Origin: an uncultured Cytophagia bacterium
Lineage (GTDB): Bacteria > Zhuqueibacterota > Zhuqueibacteria > Oceanimicrobiales > Oceanimicrobiaceae
Direction of reading: 5' to 3'
NCBI GenBank assembly: GCA_964539665.1
Contig: CAZIKB010000020.1
Location: forward strand, 526 to 64,525
Length of the DNA: 64,000 nucleotides
In this document: piece after piece, positions 28,857-39,561 of the stretch
Layout of the letters: each line of letters opens with the position of its first letter
How positions within the stretch are numbered: the first letter of the stretch is position 1
Translations under genes and position numbers: made by a program
The notes under the pieces: generated by a model
Databases searched by the model: none
The model's input: only the letters and a program-made list of their open reading frames with translations
Told to the model about the DNA's origin: nothing

Positions 28857-30947
28857 TTGGAAACCATGAATGACCAACAAAATCAAATCCAAAAATCTGC
28901 TGAGTGGCAGCAGAAATTGCTCTATTTTGTTATGGGGTTTTTATTTTTTGAAACGTTAACCGGCCTTTCCATTTATTTACTTCCTTTCAGTGTTCCAAAC
29001 CAAATAATGGTGCTGCTGCATACAGTCATTGGGCTGATTTTCATCATTCCTTTTACATGGTATCAAATCCGACACTGGCTCATTTACCGCTCGATGACTA
29101 TTAACCATTTCAAACTGACCGGCTATTTCTCTTTGATTGTAACATTGGTGGCTGCTGTATCAGGTTTGGTTTTAACATTTCAGGCAATTTTCCAGACTCG
29201 AATCAGCTATGTCTGGGACCTGTTACATATCGTTTCAACCTTTGCATTGATCGCCGCTTTGGTGCCACACATCGTTGTCATTATGATTCGTGATTTCAAA
29301 GCAAGCAAACAGGAATCATTACAGCCAGTCCTTGCTGCCGAAAAGAAGTTTAGTTTGAACACCCTTCTTATCACGATAATACTTTTTGCGGTAGCAGCCC
29401 TTTTTGTGTATGCCTATGAACCGGTGACTCTGGAGAATAAGTTTCCCGAGGACTATAGCTACCTCTATGGAGCTGAAAGGCCTTTTGCACCAAGCCTGGC
29501 AACTACTTCGACTGGTGGAGCTTTTGACTCTAAATCTTTAGGTGGTTCTCAGAGTTGTGGAACCTCCGGCTGCCACGAACAGATTCTCCAAGAATGGCAA
29601 GTCAGCGCTCACCGATATTCGGCAATGGATGCAGCTTTTCAATTAGTCCAAAAGGTTATGGCCGAACAAAATGGGCCGGAGTCTACTCGCTATTGTGGCG
29701 GGTGTCACGATCCAATATCACTATTCTCAGGTACAAAGAATATTTTCAATGATGATTTGACCAATCTCACAGGTTATCAGGAAGGCGTATCGTGCATTGC
29801 GTGTCATGCTATCAAAGAAACCGACGTCAAAGGCAATGCCAAATATGTTATCACTCAGCCCGGTCGCTATATGTTCGAATTACACGAAGGAGAAACATTC
29901 AGGTTATTAAGAGATTTTCTAATTCGGGCATATCCCCAATATCATGTTGAAAGTTTACAACACCGTATGTTTAAAAGTCCGGAATTCTGCGCAGCCTGCC
30001 ACAAACAGTTTATAGATGAAGAGGTTAATAATGTTGGCTGGGTTCAACTTCAGAATCAATATGACAACTGGCGCAAAAGCCGATGGAATCATCCGGGCGA
30101 TCCAACAAAAACCGTCGAATGTCGTGAATGTCACATGCCGCTTAATGAATCGTCAGATCCTGCAAGTGGCGATCCTCTGGATTATAATCGTTCCACAACA
30201 GATAAAAAACACCGCAGTCACCGGTTTATCGCAGCCAATCAATTTATGCCCGGACTACTGAAGCTTACCGGTGCTGACGAACAGATAGCATTAACAGAAA
30301 AGTGGCTTCAGGGTAAATTCGAAATTCCAGAAATTGCAGATAAGTGGCAACCGGGTCCGGCGGTACCCATTGAATTAAAGGTACCGGAAAACGTAGTGCC
30401 TGGCCAGGAAGTGAAGATTCAAGTACTCATTGCCAATAATAAAGTCGGTCACGATTTCCCAACCGGACCACTTGACATCATCCAGGCATGGGTAGAATTG
30501 ATAGTAAAGGATCAGGATGGAAATATGGTATTTACTTCTGGTACAATAGATGAACAAAATTTTATTAAACCAGGGTCTTTCATTTTTAAAGCAGAAGCTG
30601 TTGACCAAAATGGCAATCTGATTGACCGCCATAATCTCTGGGAAATGGTCGGTGTGCGGTATCGCCGCGCTCTTTTTCCCGGTTTTTCCGATAAAGCAGA
30701 ATTTGCTTTTCCATGTCCGGCCAGCATGACGATTGCAGAAGGGCCGATGATGCCGACAAAAGAAGATTTTAAATTTCAGGTACCTGGTCAACGAGTGACA
30801 CAGTTAAAGGTAGACGCCAAGCTAATGTACCGAAAAATTGATCAATACTTGCTGAATTTTCTTCTTGGAAAAGATTCCGGGATCACCGCCCCGGTAACAA
30901 TCATCTCTGAAGATGAAAAAGAAATAGAAGTTAAGAATAATTTATAA
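28857..30947 (+). CDS. membrane-anchored multiheme cytochrome c (5 predicted N-terminal TM helices with conserved His, then a periplasmic domain with 4 CXXCH and 1 CX4CH)
   Basis: TM segments at ~aa 20-190 carrying His residues (HTVIGLIF, HIVSTFALIAALVPHIVV). Heme motifs CGGCH, CIACH, CAACH, CRECH plus CGTSGCH. TAAATTTG sits at 28809-28816 upstream. Confidence 0.7.
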   Translation: METMNDQQNQIQKSAEWQQKLLYFVMGFLFFETLTGLSIYLLPFSVPNQIMVLLHTVIGLIFIIPFTWYQIRHWLIYRSMTINHFKLTGYFSLIVTLVAAVSGLVLTFQAIFQTRISYVWDLLHIVSTFALIAALVPHIVVIMIRDFKASKQESLQPVLAAEKKFSLNTLLITIILFAVAALFVYAYEPVTLENKFPEDYSYLYGAERPFAPSLATTSTGGAFDSKSLGGSQSCGTSGCHEQILQEWQVSAHRYSAMDAAFQLVQKVMAEQNGPESTRYCGGCHDPISLFSGTKNIFNDDLTNLTGYQEGVSCIACHAIKETDVKGNAKYVITQPGRYMFELHEGETFRLLRDFLIRAYPQYHVESLQHRMFKSPEFCAACHKQFIDEEVNNVGWVQLQNQYDNWRKSRWNHPGDPTKTVECRECHMPLNESSDPASGDPLDYNRSTTDKKHRSHRFIAANQFMPGLLKLTGADEQIALTEKWLQGKFEIPEIADKWQPGPAVPIELKVPENVVPGQEVKIQVLIANNKVGHDFPTGPLDIIQAWVELIVKDQDGNMVFTSGTIDEQNFIKPGSFIFKAEAVDQNGNLIDRHNLWEMVGVRYRRALFPGFSDKAEFAFPCPASMTIAEGPMMPTKEDFKFQVPGQRVTQLKVDAKLMYRKIDQYLLNFLLGKDSGITAPVTIISEDEKEIEVKNNL

Positions 30948-30951
30948 GCTC

Positions 30952-32760
30952 ATGCTTGAAAATCTTTCTCGGCGAAAAAGACATCTCCTCGTTACAGTTT
31001 CTATTGGATTTTTATTTATTGTGGCGATGGCTGTTATTTTTTGGATTGTTTTAAAACCTGCTCAACCCTATCGCCCAGGCGAAAATATTGAAGGGCTGAC
31101 AGCAGAACTTTCACGCTCCATGCCAATGGATTACCCCAAAATCACCTTTGTGGATGCCACAAAAGAAGCCGGTATCTTTTTCCAACATTTTTCTGGAAAA
31201 CGCTCATCCCAACTTCCCGAAGATATGGGCTCTGGCGCTGCCTGGGGTGACTATGATAATGACGGCTGGCAGGATCTTTTTATTGTCAATCAAATTGGCC
31301 CTTTGAACATGAGCCGCGAGGAAATTAATCAATCGCCTGCACATTGTGCCCTATACCATAATAATGGCGACGGAACGTTTAGCGAAGTGAGTGTCCCGGC
31401 GGGAGTTGATTATCGTGGTTGGGGTATTGCAGCAGCCTGGGGTGATTACAACAACGATGGTTGGCCCGATCTTTTCATCACCAATTTTGGTGAAAACGTG
31501 CTTTACTATAACAACGGTGATGGCACATTTATCGATAAATCCAGGCAAGCAGGAATTGGCGGGCAAAAAGGATTCTGGGCTGGAGTCTCGTGGGCAGATT
31601 TCAATCGTGATGGTTTTCTCGATCTCTATGTTTGTGGCTATGTTAAGTATTCCTTCCAGGAGGAGCAATTGACAACTTTGCAATACGATGTCGAAGTTCC
31701 CGTCAGCATCAATCCGTCCGCGTTTGAACCAGAACGGAATCTTCTCTACCGAAACAATGGCGATGGCACATTCAGTGAAATTGCCATTCGAGCCGGAGTC
31801 GCCGATCCCAATGGACGAAGTCTCTCGTCTGCCTGGTGTGATTTCGATGACGATGGCTGGCCTGATTTGTACGTTGCCAATGATGTATCGGATAATGTTT
31901 TGTTCCGTAATTTGGGCAACGAGTTATTTGAAGACATAAGTCATGCTGCATGGGTAGCCGACTACCGGGGAGCCATGGGAATTGCAGTTGGCGACTGGGA
32001 TAGAGACGCTGATATGGATATGTTTATCACACACTGGATAGCTCAGGAAAACGCGCTTTACAACAATAAATACCAGCAATTCAGATCAAACAATTCAGCT
32101 TCGAAAGTGCTGCGGTTTATGGATGAAGCAGATCGTTACGGATTAGGGCAAATTGCTCTCGACTTTATAGGTTTCGGAACTTCATTTTTTGATTATGACA
32201 ATGACACTAATTTAGACATTTTCGTAGCAAACGGGAGTACATTTCAGCAGAGAGAAAATCCTCAGCTACTAATCCCAATGACAGACCAGCTTTTCAGGAA
32301 CTATGGAACAGAGGAAGGTTTTTATGATATATCGATTGTAAGTGGGGATTATTTTACTCGTAAGTATGTTGGACGCGGCGCTGCGTTTGGCGATTATGAC
32401 AACGATGGAGATGTGGATATTTTTGTCGTTAATAACGACGGACCTGGTATCCTGCTAAAAAATGATGGTGGTAACCAAAACCCATGGCTTCAGGTTAAAC
32501 TTGAGGGTAACAAAAGTAACCGTCAGGCAATTGGAGCAAAATTAAGGCTCGTCACAGGGAATACAGTTCAAAGCCGGCAGGTTGGAGCACAGAGTTCGTA
32601 TTGCTCACAAAATAGCCTCATCCAACATTTCGGTCTCGGTAGTTACACATCGGTTGATACACTAGAAATTACCTGGCCAAATGGTTCAAGGCAATCTTTG
32701 CAAAATATCCCTGCCAATCACACTTTACGAGTGCTTGAGGGAGAAAATAACCATCGATAG
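30952..32760 (+). CDS. CRTAC1-family protein, single module (FG-GAP repeats + ASPIC/UnbV), 602 aa
   Basis: GDYDNDGWxDLF-type repeats and C-terminal ASPIC (NPWLQVKLEGNKSNRQAIGAKLRLVTGN...SQNSLIQHFGLG). Starts 5 bp after the cytochrome stop. Confidence 0.85.
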   Translation: MLENLSRRKRHLLVTVSIGFLFIVAMAVIFWIVLKPAQPYRPGENIEGLTAELSRSMPMDYPKITFVDATKEAGIFFQHFSGKRSSQLPEDMGSGAAWGDYDNDGWQDLFIVNQIGPLNMSREEINQSPAHCALYHNNGDGTFSEVSVPAGVDYRGWGIAAAWGDYNNDGWPDLFITNFGENVLYYNNGDGTFIDKSRQAGIGGQKGFWAGVSWADFNRDGFLDLYVCGYVKYSFQEEQLTTLQYDVEVPVSINPSAFEPERNLLYRNNGDGTFSEIAIRAGVADPNGRSLSSAWCDFDDDGWPDLYVANDVSDNVLFRNLGNELFEDISHAAWVADYRGAMGIAVGDWDRDADMDMFITHWIAQENALYNNKYQQFRSNNSASKVLRFMDEADRYGLGQIALDFIGFGTSFFDYDNDTNLDIFVANGSTFQQRENPQLLIPMTDQLFRNYGTEEGFYDISIVSGDYFTRKYVGRGAAFGDYDNDGDVDIFVVNNDGPGILLKNDGGNQNPWLQVKLEGNKSNRQAIGAKLRLVTGNTVQSRQVGAQSSYCSQNSLIQHFGLGSYTSVDTLEITWPNGSRQSLQNIPANHTLRVLEGENNHR

Positions 32761-32813
32761 AAATGAAATTTAATTTGAGCGGCCTTTTGAATAATTAGTC
32801 CCGAATTATAATT

Positions 32814-33686
32814 ATGAAAAACACTGTTTTATTAGCTCTGTCCGGCCTGCTGCTGCTTTTTTTGGCAATCACTTTTCTAAAGGATCATTCTTCAGAGGTC
32901 GGCTCACAAAATGACTCTACTAAAGAAGATTCAGCTGACAAAAACAAAATTCAACGATTCTGGCAGATTCATCGGCAAGCGACTACACATCGAATTGCCG
33001 GACGAACTCAGCCGGCCATTGAAGCATATTGCACAACTCTCGAACTTAACGATCAACATGAGAACACCCTTTATTATCTGGGCAGCTTATACTTCGAATC
33101 TGGTGAATTTAAAAAAGCAGAAAATCTTTGGATACAATTGGTGAAAGTCAATCCCAACAGCGCTCGTGCACATGCTCAGTTAGGCAGACTTTATCTAAAA
33201 TCAGGTCAGGAAGAGTTTTACAACTTGGAATCCGCCAGGATTGAATTTCAAAAAGCCATGGCGCTGAACAAAGAGGAAACCGGCCCGCTGCTTCACCTTG
33301 GTCAGATTGCGCTAATTGAGGGCAATTTTACCGAAGCAGCTCATTACTTTAGTGCCGTGACCGGCTCCAACTTTAAAAGCGTTGAAGCCCATTATTTAAG
33401 TGGTTTTGTCTGGTGGAAACAGGGGCATTCACAAAAGGCGCTGCTCTCACTGAAAAAGGCCCTGAAATATCTGCTGCCTGAGAAACCGATACATGGACTT
33501 CCGGGCGAAGGCGATACTAAAACCGGCGAATCACTGGGAAAGTCAACTCAGCAAATTCTTTTTCCGATGAATTTACACAATCTCATTGGACTTGATGATA
33601 TTGAGCTTGCAAAACAAATGGAAACCAGGTTTCAAAAATTAGAATCGTTTCTTGAGCAAATCAGAAAAGAGAGACCATTAAAATAA
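32814..33686 (+). CDS. secreted TPR-repeat protein (290 aa)
   Basis: Signal peptide and TPR repeats (YYLGSLYFESGEFKKAENLW..., AHAQLGRLYLKSGQ...). Confidence 0.6.
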   Translation: MKNTVLLALSGLLLLFLAITFLKDHSSEVGSQNDSTKEDSADKNKIQRFWQIHRQATTHRIAGRTQPAIEAYCTTLELNDQHENTLYYLGSLYFESGEFKKAENLWIQLVKVNPNSARAHAQLGRLYLKSGQEEFYNLESARIEFQKAMALNKEETGPLLHLGQIALIEGNFTEAAHYFSAVTGSNFKSVEAHYLSGFVWWKQGHSQKALLSLKKALKYLLPEKPIHGLPGEGDTKTGESLGKSTQQILFPMNLHNLIGLDDIELAKQMETRFQKLESFLEQIRKERPLK

Positions 33687-33762
33687 AATGCGAAACAGCA
33701 ACCATTCCCACGAAAGTATTCAATCATTCATTAATAGCCATGATGTTGGTAAAAATATATAA

Positions 33763-35619
33763 TTGGTTAGCAAAATCGTGAAATCTAATAAAAATATATT
33801 CCGCTTTTTCAAATTCTTTTTGCACAAATATTTATTGGGAGCTGTCATTCTAACGTTTCTCATAACATTTGTCATGTATAAAATTGGAAAAACTAACTTT
33901 ATCTCTGCCAGAGAGGCTTTATCTGTTTCTCTCGCAAAAAGAATGGGCTCAGAATTCTATAATAATAGCCTGAAAGTCTTTTCAGAATCGCTGGAAGAGT
34001 TTGATTGGCAAAAGCCGGATAATATTGCTCAATTGGATAAAATAGTAAAAACGAACACTGAACATTTTGATGTATTAAAATTAAATATAATTAATCGGGC
34101 AAAACGAATTGTTTATAGTACAGATTCTAATAATATTGGCAGCCTTCAGAACAATCAAAAGCTGGTCAAATCCTTTGAAGGTGCGCAGGTTTCCAGTTTA
34201 ATACTAAACAGTGAAAAGCTTGATACCGAAAACGCGCTACTCGAATCTTTCATCCCATTTCGTGTCTCTGACGATAATTTTGACGGCGGTAATGAAATTA
34301 TCGGAGTCTTTGTAATCTACCAAGGCGCAGCGACGCTTAATCAACAGATATTAACATTGCGCAATACTATTTTCGTTGCCGCTTTTGCAATGTTAGTTCT
34401 TGTTATCCTTTGTTTCAGGTATGTGGTCGCGCGTGCAGATCAGACACAAATGAAGTTGAGAAGAGAGATTGAAAATTACGCTGAGAATTTAGAACAAATG
34501 GTCACAGATCGTACCAAAGAGTTGAGCGAAGAAAAAATCAAACTCCAGGTAATTTTAAACCATGTACCAAGCGCTTTTGTACTTGTGGACAAAAACTTTC
34601 GTATAAAAAGTGCCAGCACAGCCCTTCGGGAATTTACGGATAAAAGTCTCGAAGAAGTTGAGAATCAACACTGTTACCAGGTGATTTGTAATAAGAAACC
34701 AAGTGGAATTTGCCCGACTACAAAAGCGCTTAAAAGTAATCATGTCGAAAATAGAATTTTAACCTTAAAACAAAAAGATGGTAAAGAGAGGTGTTTAGAG
34801 CATGTAGCGGTTCCTATTTCAAACAATGGGAAAATCGAATCGATACTTGAAATCTTTACCGATATCACCGAAAAGAAAAAGATGCAGGACTTAATTATTC
34901 AAGCAGAAAGAGTTTCCGCTATGGGGCAAATCGCGGCGACAATTTCTCATGAAATTCGGAACGGCCTGACATCTGTTAAATTAATTTTGCAGCATTTAGC
35001 AGTTTCTCTATCCCAGGATAAAAAGAAAGCAGCCAATGTTGCCCTGCAGTCGATTAATGATATGGAAAATGTAGTCAGGCAATTGTTAGATTTCGCCCGA
35101 CCTACGCCAATATCTTTCAAAACAACAGATATAAATAAATTATTAAAGCACAGTATGGATTTTTGTAAACAACAATTAGAATTGAAGTATCTTAAACTGC
35201 AGGAAGATTATGGAGATAACATCCCCAAGCGCCGTTTAGACGCTGAACATATAAGACAAGCGGTGATTAATCTAATTTTGAATGCTATTCAGGCTTCAAA
35301 AGAAAATGAAACGCTTGGCATTAAAACCACGGTCTCTCCATTGGAAATGAACATGAGCGACTATTTTATAGAAAAAAAAGCATCTATACATTTAAAAAAG
35401 AACCAGCGAGTGGTGAAGATTGATATATCAGATAAAGGCTGCGGAATTCCGCCTGAAAATTTAAATCGTATTTTTGACCCCTTTTTCACTACAAAAATTG
35501 ACGGCTCTGGCCTGGGTCTGCCGGTGACACAACGTACTGTTCATGAACATGGAGGAATCATTACAGTAAATAGTAAACCTGGCCTTGGAAGCACATTCAC
35601 AATAATTTTACCTGTTTAG
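33763..35619 (+). CDS. sensor histidine kinase (2 TM, periplasmic sensor, Cys-containing PAS, HisKA, HATPase_c)
   Basis: TM helices near aa 25-45 and 200-222, H-box ATISHEIRNGL, and G-boxes (DKGCGIPPEN, GSGLGLPV, GLGSTFTIILP). Confidence 0.8.
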   Translation: MVSKIVKSNKNIFRFFKFFLHKYLLGAVILTFLITFVMYKIGKTNFISAREALSVSLAKRMGSEFYNNSLKVFSESLEEFDWQKPDNIAQLDKIVKTNTEHFDVLKLNIINRAKRIVYSTDSNNIGSLQNNQKLVKSFEGAQVSSLILNSEKLDTENALLESFIPFRVSDDNFDGGNEIIGVFVIYQGAATLNQQILTLRNTIFVAAFAMLVLVILCFRYVVARADQTQMKLRREIENYAENLEQMVTDRTKELSEEKIKLQVILNHVPSAFVLVDKNFRIKSASTALREFTDKSLEEVENQHCYQVICNKKPSGICPTTKALKSNHVENRILTLKQKDGKERCLEHVAVPISNNGKIESILEIFTDITEKKKMQDLIIQAERVSAMGQIAATISHEIRNGLTSVKLILQHLAVSLSQDKKKAANVALQSINDMENVVRQLLDFARPTPISFKTTDINKLLKHSMDFCKQQLELKYLKLQEDYGDNIPKRRLDAEHIRQAVINLILNAIQASKENETLGIKTTVSPLEMNMSDYFIEKKASIHLKKNQRVVKIDISDKGCGIPPENLNRIFDPFFTTKIDGSGLGLPVTQRTVHEHGGIITVNSKPGLGSTFTIILPV

Positions 35620-35726
35620 GGGATTGGAGAAAATGACATTCTCATATATTTTTTATATTCACATACTAATAAAATTAACAGAAAAATCAATTACGTAATT
35701 TATATATCCAGCCCCCTTAATTGACT

Positions 35727-37151
35727 ATGAAAAAAAAGCATCCCAAAATCTTAATCATTGATGATGATGATAAAATTGTTTTCGCTATTCAACTGATTTT
35801 AGAAAGCGATGGATTTACAATTCTAACCGCTCAAAATGGCAAAGATGGCTGGGAAATGATAAAAAAAGAAGCGCCGGACATTACTATTCTTGACATTCAA
35901 ATGCCCGGGATGAGTGGACTGGAAGTGCTTGAAAAAATAGGCGAAGATAAAATAGACACTTCGGTAATAGTTATCACAGGTTTTGGAACCATGGACACAG
36001 CAATTCGATCCATGCAATTAGATGCCTTTGACTACCTTACCAAACCTTTAGACATGGAAAAAGTTAAAATATTGTGTCGAAGAGCTTTGGAAATACGTAA
36101 TTTAAAAAAAGAGATTCATGGATTACGGGCTCAGTTGGATGTTAGTTATGAAGAGGATACATTAGTCGGTAATTCTGGAACCATGCAGGAGATTTACAAA
36201 ACCATCGGCAGCATCACATCAACTCCAAACGATAGTTCCATTCTAATTCAAGGCGAAAGCGGTACAGGAAAAGAACTGGTTGCCAAGGCGATTCACAGAA
36301 ATTGCCACCGTTCTTCATTTCCTTTTATCGTAGTCAATTGTACTGTTTTAGTGGAAAACCTTTTGGAAAGCGACCTTTTTGGACATGAAAAAGGCGCCTT
36401 TACCGGAGCCCATGAACGAAAGATCGGTAGATTAGAATTAGGGAATAAGGGCACTATTTTTTTTGATGAGATTGGTGATTTGAGTATGAATCTCCAACAA
36501 AAGCTGCTTAGATTACTACAAGAACGCGAATTCGAAAGGGTAGGAGGCACTGAAACTCTTAAAGTGGACGCCCTGCTTATTTTTGCCACTCATCGGGATT
36601 TAGAAAAAGAAGTGGAATCTGGTAATTTCAGAGAAGACCTTTATTTCCGCATGAATGTCATTCCCATTAATCTTCCTCCGTTACGGGAGCGAAAAGAAGA
36701 TATTCCGATTTTAATCATCAATTTCCTGGCGAAGTACAACAGAAAGCTGGGCAAACCAGTGACGGCTGTATCAAAAGAAGCGATGCAGGCATTAGAAGCT
36801 TACGACTATCCCGGGAATGTCCGGGAATTGAGTAATCTCGTCGAACGAGCAATTGCCCTGAATCAAAAATCGGTGCTTACATTAGGATGCCTTCCAAACA
36901 TTCTTCAGCGTGAGGATGAACAGACCGATTTTAACATTCCAATCAAAGAGCTTAATTATATAAAGGCAAGAAAAGACATATTAAGGGCGTTTGAAAAAAA
37001 ATTCCTTTCCAAGCTTCTCAGGATCTACCATGGTAATGTGGCAAATGCTGCAAAACAAGCTGGAATGGAGCGACAAAGCTTCTATCGCCTTCTTAAAAAA
37101 CACGAAATTAATCCAAAACAATATTATCAATCGTCGTCACCGTCCGGGTGA
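35727..37151 (+). CDS. sigma-54-dependent NtrC-family response regulator (REC + AAA+ + Fis HTH)
   Basis: Receiver (ILIIDDDD...DITILDIQMPGMSG...KP), GESGTGKE, GAFTGA, and a C-terminal HTH (NVANAAKQAGMERQSFYRLLKKH). Confidence 0.85.
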   Translation: MKKKHPKILIIDDDDKIVFAIQLILESDGFTILTAQNGKDGWEMIKKEAPDITILDIQMPGMSGLEVLEKIGEDKIDTSVIVITGFGTMDTAIRSMQLDAFDYLTKPLDMEKVKILCRRALEIRNLKKEIHGLRAQLDVSYEEDTLVGNSGTMQEIYKTIGSITSTPNDSSILIQGESGTGKELVAKAIHRNCHRSSFPFIVVNCTVLVENLLESDLFGHEKGAFTGAHERKIGRLELGNKGTIFFDEIGDLSMNLQQKLLRLLQEREFERVGGTETLKVDALLIFATHRDLEKEVESGNFREDLYFRMNVIPINLPPLRERKEDIPILIINFLAKYNRKLGKPVTAVSKEAMQALEAYDYPGNVRELSNLVERAIALNQKSVLTLGCLPNILQREDEQTDFNIPIKELNYIKARKDILRAFEKKFLSKLLRIYHGNVANAAKQAGMERQSFYRLLKKHEINPKQYYQSSSPSG

Positions 37152-37361
37152 CAAAAAGTAACCTTGAATGAAAACATGTCCTAAGAGCTACATCGTTTTA
37201 CATTTCCTCGTAGTCGACATAAGCTGTTTTATTTTAGTAACTTAACTTTAATCCCAAAAGCATATTATTCTAACTCGGTTCTGGCGCAATACTTGCATGT
37301 TACTTATTTGAAACAATATCTTTACAAACAGTTTTTCCCTTCATCGATGGGAATCCATGCC

Positions 37362-37826
37362 ATGTCAAAAGAACTAAATTTTAGTGAGTCAATTAAGGAC
37401 AAGAACAGACCTGCCATGTGTAAGAACACAATTTTGTTGGTAGACGAGGATCCGAAGGTTGGCGCAGCTTTTCAAGAATTTTTCCAGGATTTTATTACAG
37501 ATGGAAAATATCGGATGATACAAGCAACGACCCTGTCTGACGCACTAAAGCACCTGAAAGAAAACAGAATTGACCTCATCATCACGGACCTGAGATTGTC
37601 ACAATACTCTGGACTCAGTCTCTTGATTCGTGTGCGAGCTACGCCAAATAAGGTGCCGGTTATCGTTATGAGCGCTTACACCGATTTCATGTCAGTAGAA
37701 GACTGGAAACTTCTGGGAGCTACGGAATTTATTTCCAAGCCGCCAGACTTGAACCTTCTGCAGGAAGTTATTTCCAAACTTTTGACGAACAGTAATGATA
37801 AAATGCAATCTCAACATGACCAGTAA
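37362..37826 (+). CDS. stand-alone CheY-like receiver-domain protein
   Basis: ILLVDEDP...DLIITDLRLSQYSG...VIVMSAY...FISKP. Start chosen at an internal Met; the ORF is open from 37293. Confidence 0.65.
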   Translation: MSKELNFSESIKDKNRPAMCKNTILLVDEDPKVGAAFQEFFQDFITDGKYRMIQATTLSDALKHLKENRIDLIITDLRLSQYSGLSLLIRVRATPNKVPVIVMSAYTDFMSVEDWKLLGATEFISKPPDLNLLQEVISKLLTNSNDKMQSQHDQ

Positions 37827-37900
37827 GATTTATGCTAACACACAATAACTAAAATAGTATTTTATTTTAAAAGTATTCACAGTTTAGGAGGCACAAAAAT

Positions 37901-38503
37901 ATGATTGAAGACGCGGGTACGACTAATGAACAAATAATCGACGAAACTCAGTTATCGAAAAATGAGCGTGAGGAAATAATTCAACTTGGACTGTTATCAC
38001 AAGACGGACAGGTACAACCCTCACCAATACATCCATCGGAGCGACCTCCAATCCCAAAACGAGATGTCAATGCAACAGAAGTGCTCAATGAGGCTTATAA
38101 ATACTTACCCAGGCCTTCTTCATTTTCGCGGGGTTTATGCCTCGACATAGGTGATTATAAAATTTTACTGATTTCCGGTACAGCAAGTGTAGATGATAGT
38201 GGCCGGACTGTCCATGTGGGAGATTTTCGGGCTCAGTGCTGGAGAACGTACCGCAATATTACCTCGCTTCTCGAATCTGAAGGTATGACCTGGCATGATA
38301 TCATTCGAACCTCTTGTTATTTGAGAGATATTGAACGGGATTATAATGATTTTAATGAGGTACGCACTGCATTTTTTGATTGGTTAAAACTTGATCCTCT
38401 GCCTGCCAGCACTGGTATACAGGCACGCATTTGCCGTGAGGATTTGTTGGTGGAGATCGAAGCAATTGCGGTTTGTCCATCAAATTCAAACAGTGTATCA
38501 TAA
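37901..38503 (+). CDS. RidA/YjgF (Rid) family protein with an ~75-aa N-terminal extension
   Basis: The C-terminal 120 aa match the Rid-family pattern ([11 protein letters not shown]...[10 protein letters not shown]...[20 protein letters not shown]...[10 protein letters not shown]...VEIEAIAV). Confidence 0.65.
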   Translation: MIEDAGTTNEQIIDETQLSKNEREEIIQLGLLSQDGQVQPSPIHPSERPPIPKRDVNATEVLNEAYKYLPRPSSFSRGLCLDIGDYKILLISGTASVDDSGRTVHVGDFRAQCWRTYRNITSLLESEGMTWHDIIRTSCYLRDIERDYNDFNEVRTAFFDWLKLDPLPASTGIQARICREDLLVEIEAIAVCPSNSNSVS

Positions 38504-38525
38504 AAACGTAGTGAAGGATAAAAGG

Positions 38526-39425
38526 ATGGAGAGAGGAAAAAACAATAAGCAGGTAATTTCAAAACCTCCCGTTGGCAATCTGGTCGATCGGGAGGCAAAG
38601 CCTGAAGGAACTATCGTAAATGTAAGGGGGATTCCAATTGGCGGTTCAGAGGTAGTGGTTATGGCAGGGCCATGTGCAGTAGAGAGTCAGAAGCAATTGT
38701 TGACGATTGCTCAAACCGTACAGGCCAGCGGAGCCAGCATCCTGCGAGGAGGCGCGTTTAAACCTCGAACCTCGCCGTATAGTTTCAAGGGATTGAAAGA
38801 GGAAGGATTGAAATTACTTGCCATGGTTCGACAACAGACAGGTCTGCCAGTTGTTACAGAGGTCATGGACACACGCCTTGTCGAAATGGTATGCCAATAT
38901 GCTGATATACTGCAGGTCGGTTCCCGGAACATGCAAAGTTTTGCTCTCCTGGAAGAAGTGGGTTTGTGCCGCAAACCAATATTGTTAAAACGCGGCATGT
39001 CCGCTACCATTAAAGAGTTTCTGTTCGCTGCTGAGTATATCCTTAATCAGGGCAACGAGCAAGTCATCCTCTGCGAACGTGGAATTCGTACTTTCGATAC
39101 TGCCACACGAAACACCCTGGACTTAAACGCCGTGCCGGTATTAAAGAAGTTCAGCCACCTCCCGGTCGTCGTGGATCCGAGCCATGGAACAGGTCACTGG
39201 TGGATGGTTCCCTCGATGGCTAAAGCAGCAGTCGCGGTTGGTGCGGATGGTCTTTTGGTTGAAGTTCATTGCAATCCAAGTGAATCTGTGAGTGATGGCG
39301 CTCAATCCCTGCGCCCTGATAAATTTGATTTGATGATGAAAGAAATTAAACAAGTTGCCCAGGCTGTGGGGAGGGAAATATTTATTCCAGAATCCATCCA
39401 TAAACTGAGCAATCCAACCGTTTAG
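38526..39425 (+). CDS. 3-deoxy-7-phosphoheptulonate (DAHP) synthase, type I-beta (stand-alone catalytic domain)
   Basis: [78 protein letters not shown]. Start set at the ATG at 38526 with an upstream AGGA; the track ORF begins earlier at 38391. Confidence 0.85.
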   Translation: MERGKNNKQVISKPPVGNLVDREAKPEGTIVNVRGIPIGGSEVVVMAGPCAVESQKQLLTIAQTVQASGASILRGGAFKPRTSPYSFKGLKEEGLKLLAMVRQQTGLPVVTEVMDTRLVEMVCQYADILQVGSRNMQSFALLEEVGLCRKPILLKRGMSATIKEFLFAAEYILNQGNEQVILCERGIRTFDTATRNTLDLNAVPVLKKFSHLPVVVDPSHGTGHWWMVPSMAKAAVAVGADGLLVEVHCNPSESVSDGAQSLRPDKFDLMMKEIKQVAQAVGREIFIPESIHKLSNPTV

Positions 39426-39561
39426 GGATAGTAAGGAATCAACAACAATACTCAAGCTTAATAATTTCTTAAACGCAGATATTTAAATTTATTAAAAATG
39501 AAAATGTATGCATACTGCGAGTAGTACGTGTTCCAGCGTCAAGACTTTACGAGCGAAATTG

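Noticed and set aside
37901-38503. Calling the protein upstream of DAHP synthase an AroH-type chorismate mutase
   Set aside because: The sequence motifs (…[10 protein letters not shown]…[12 protein letters not shown]…[10 protein letters not shown]…VEIEAIAV) fit the RidA/YjgF pattern rather than AroH. Only the fold is shared.
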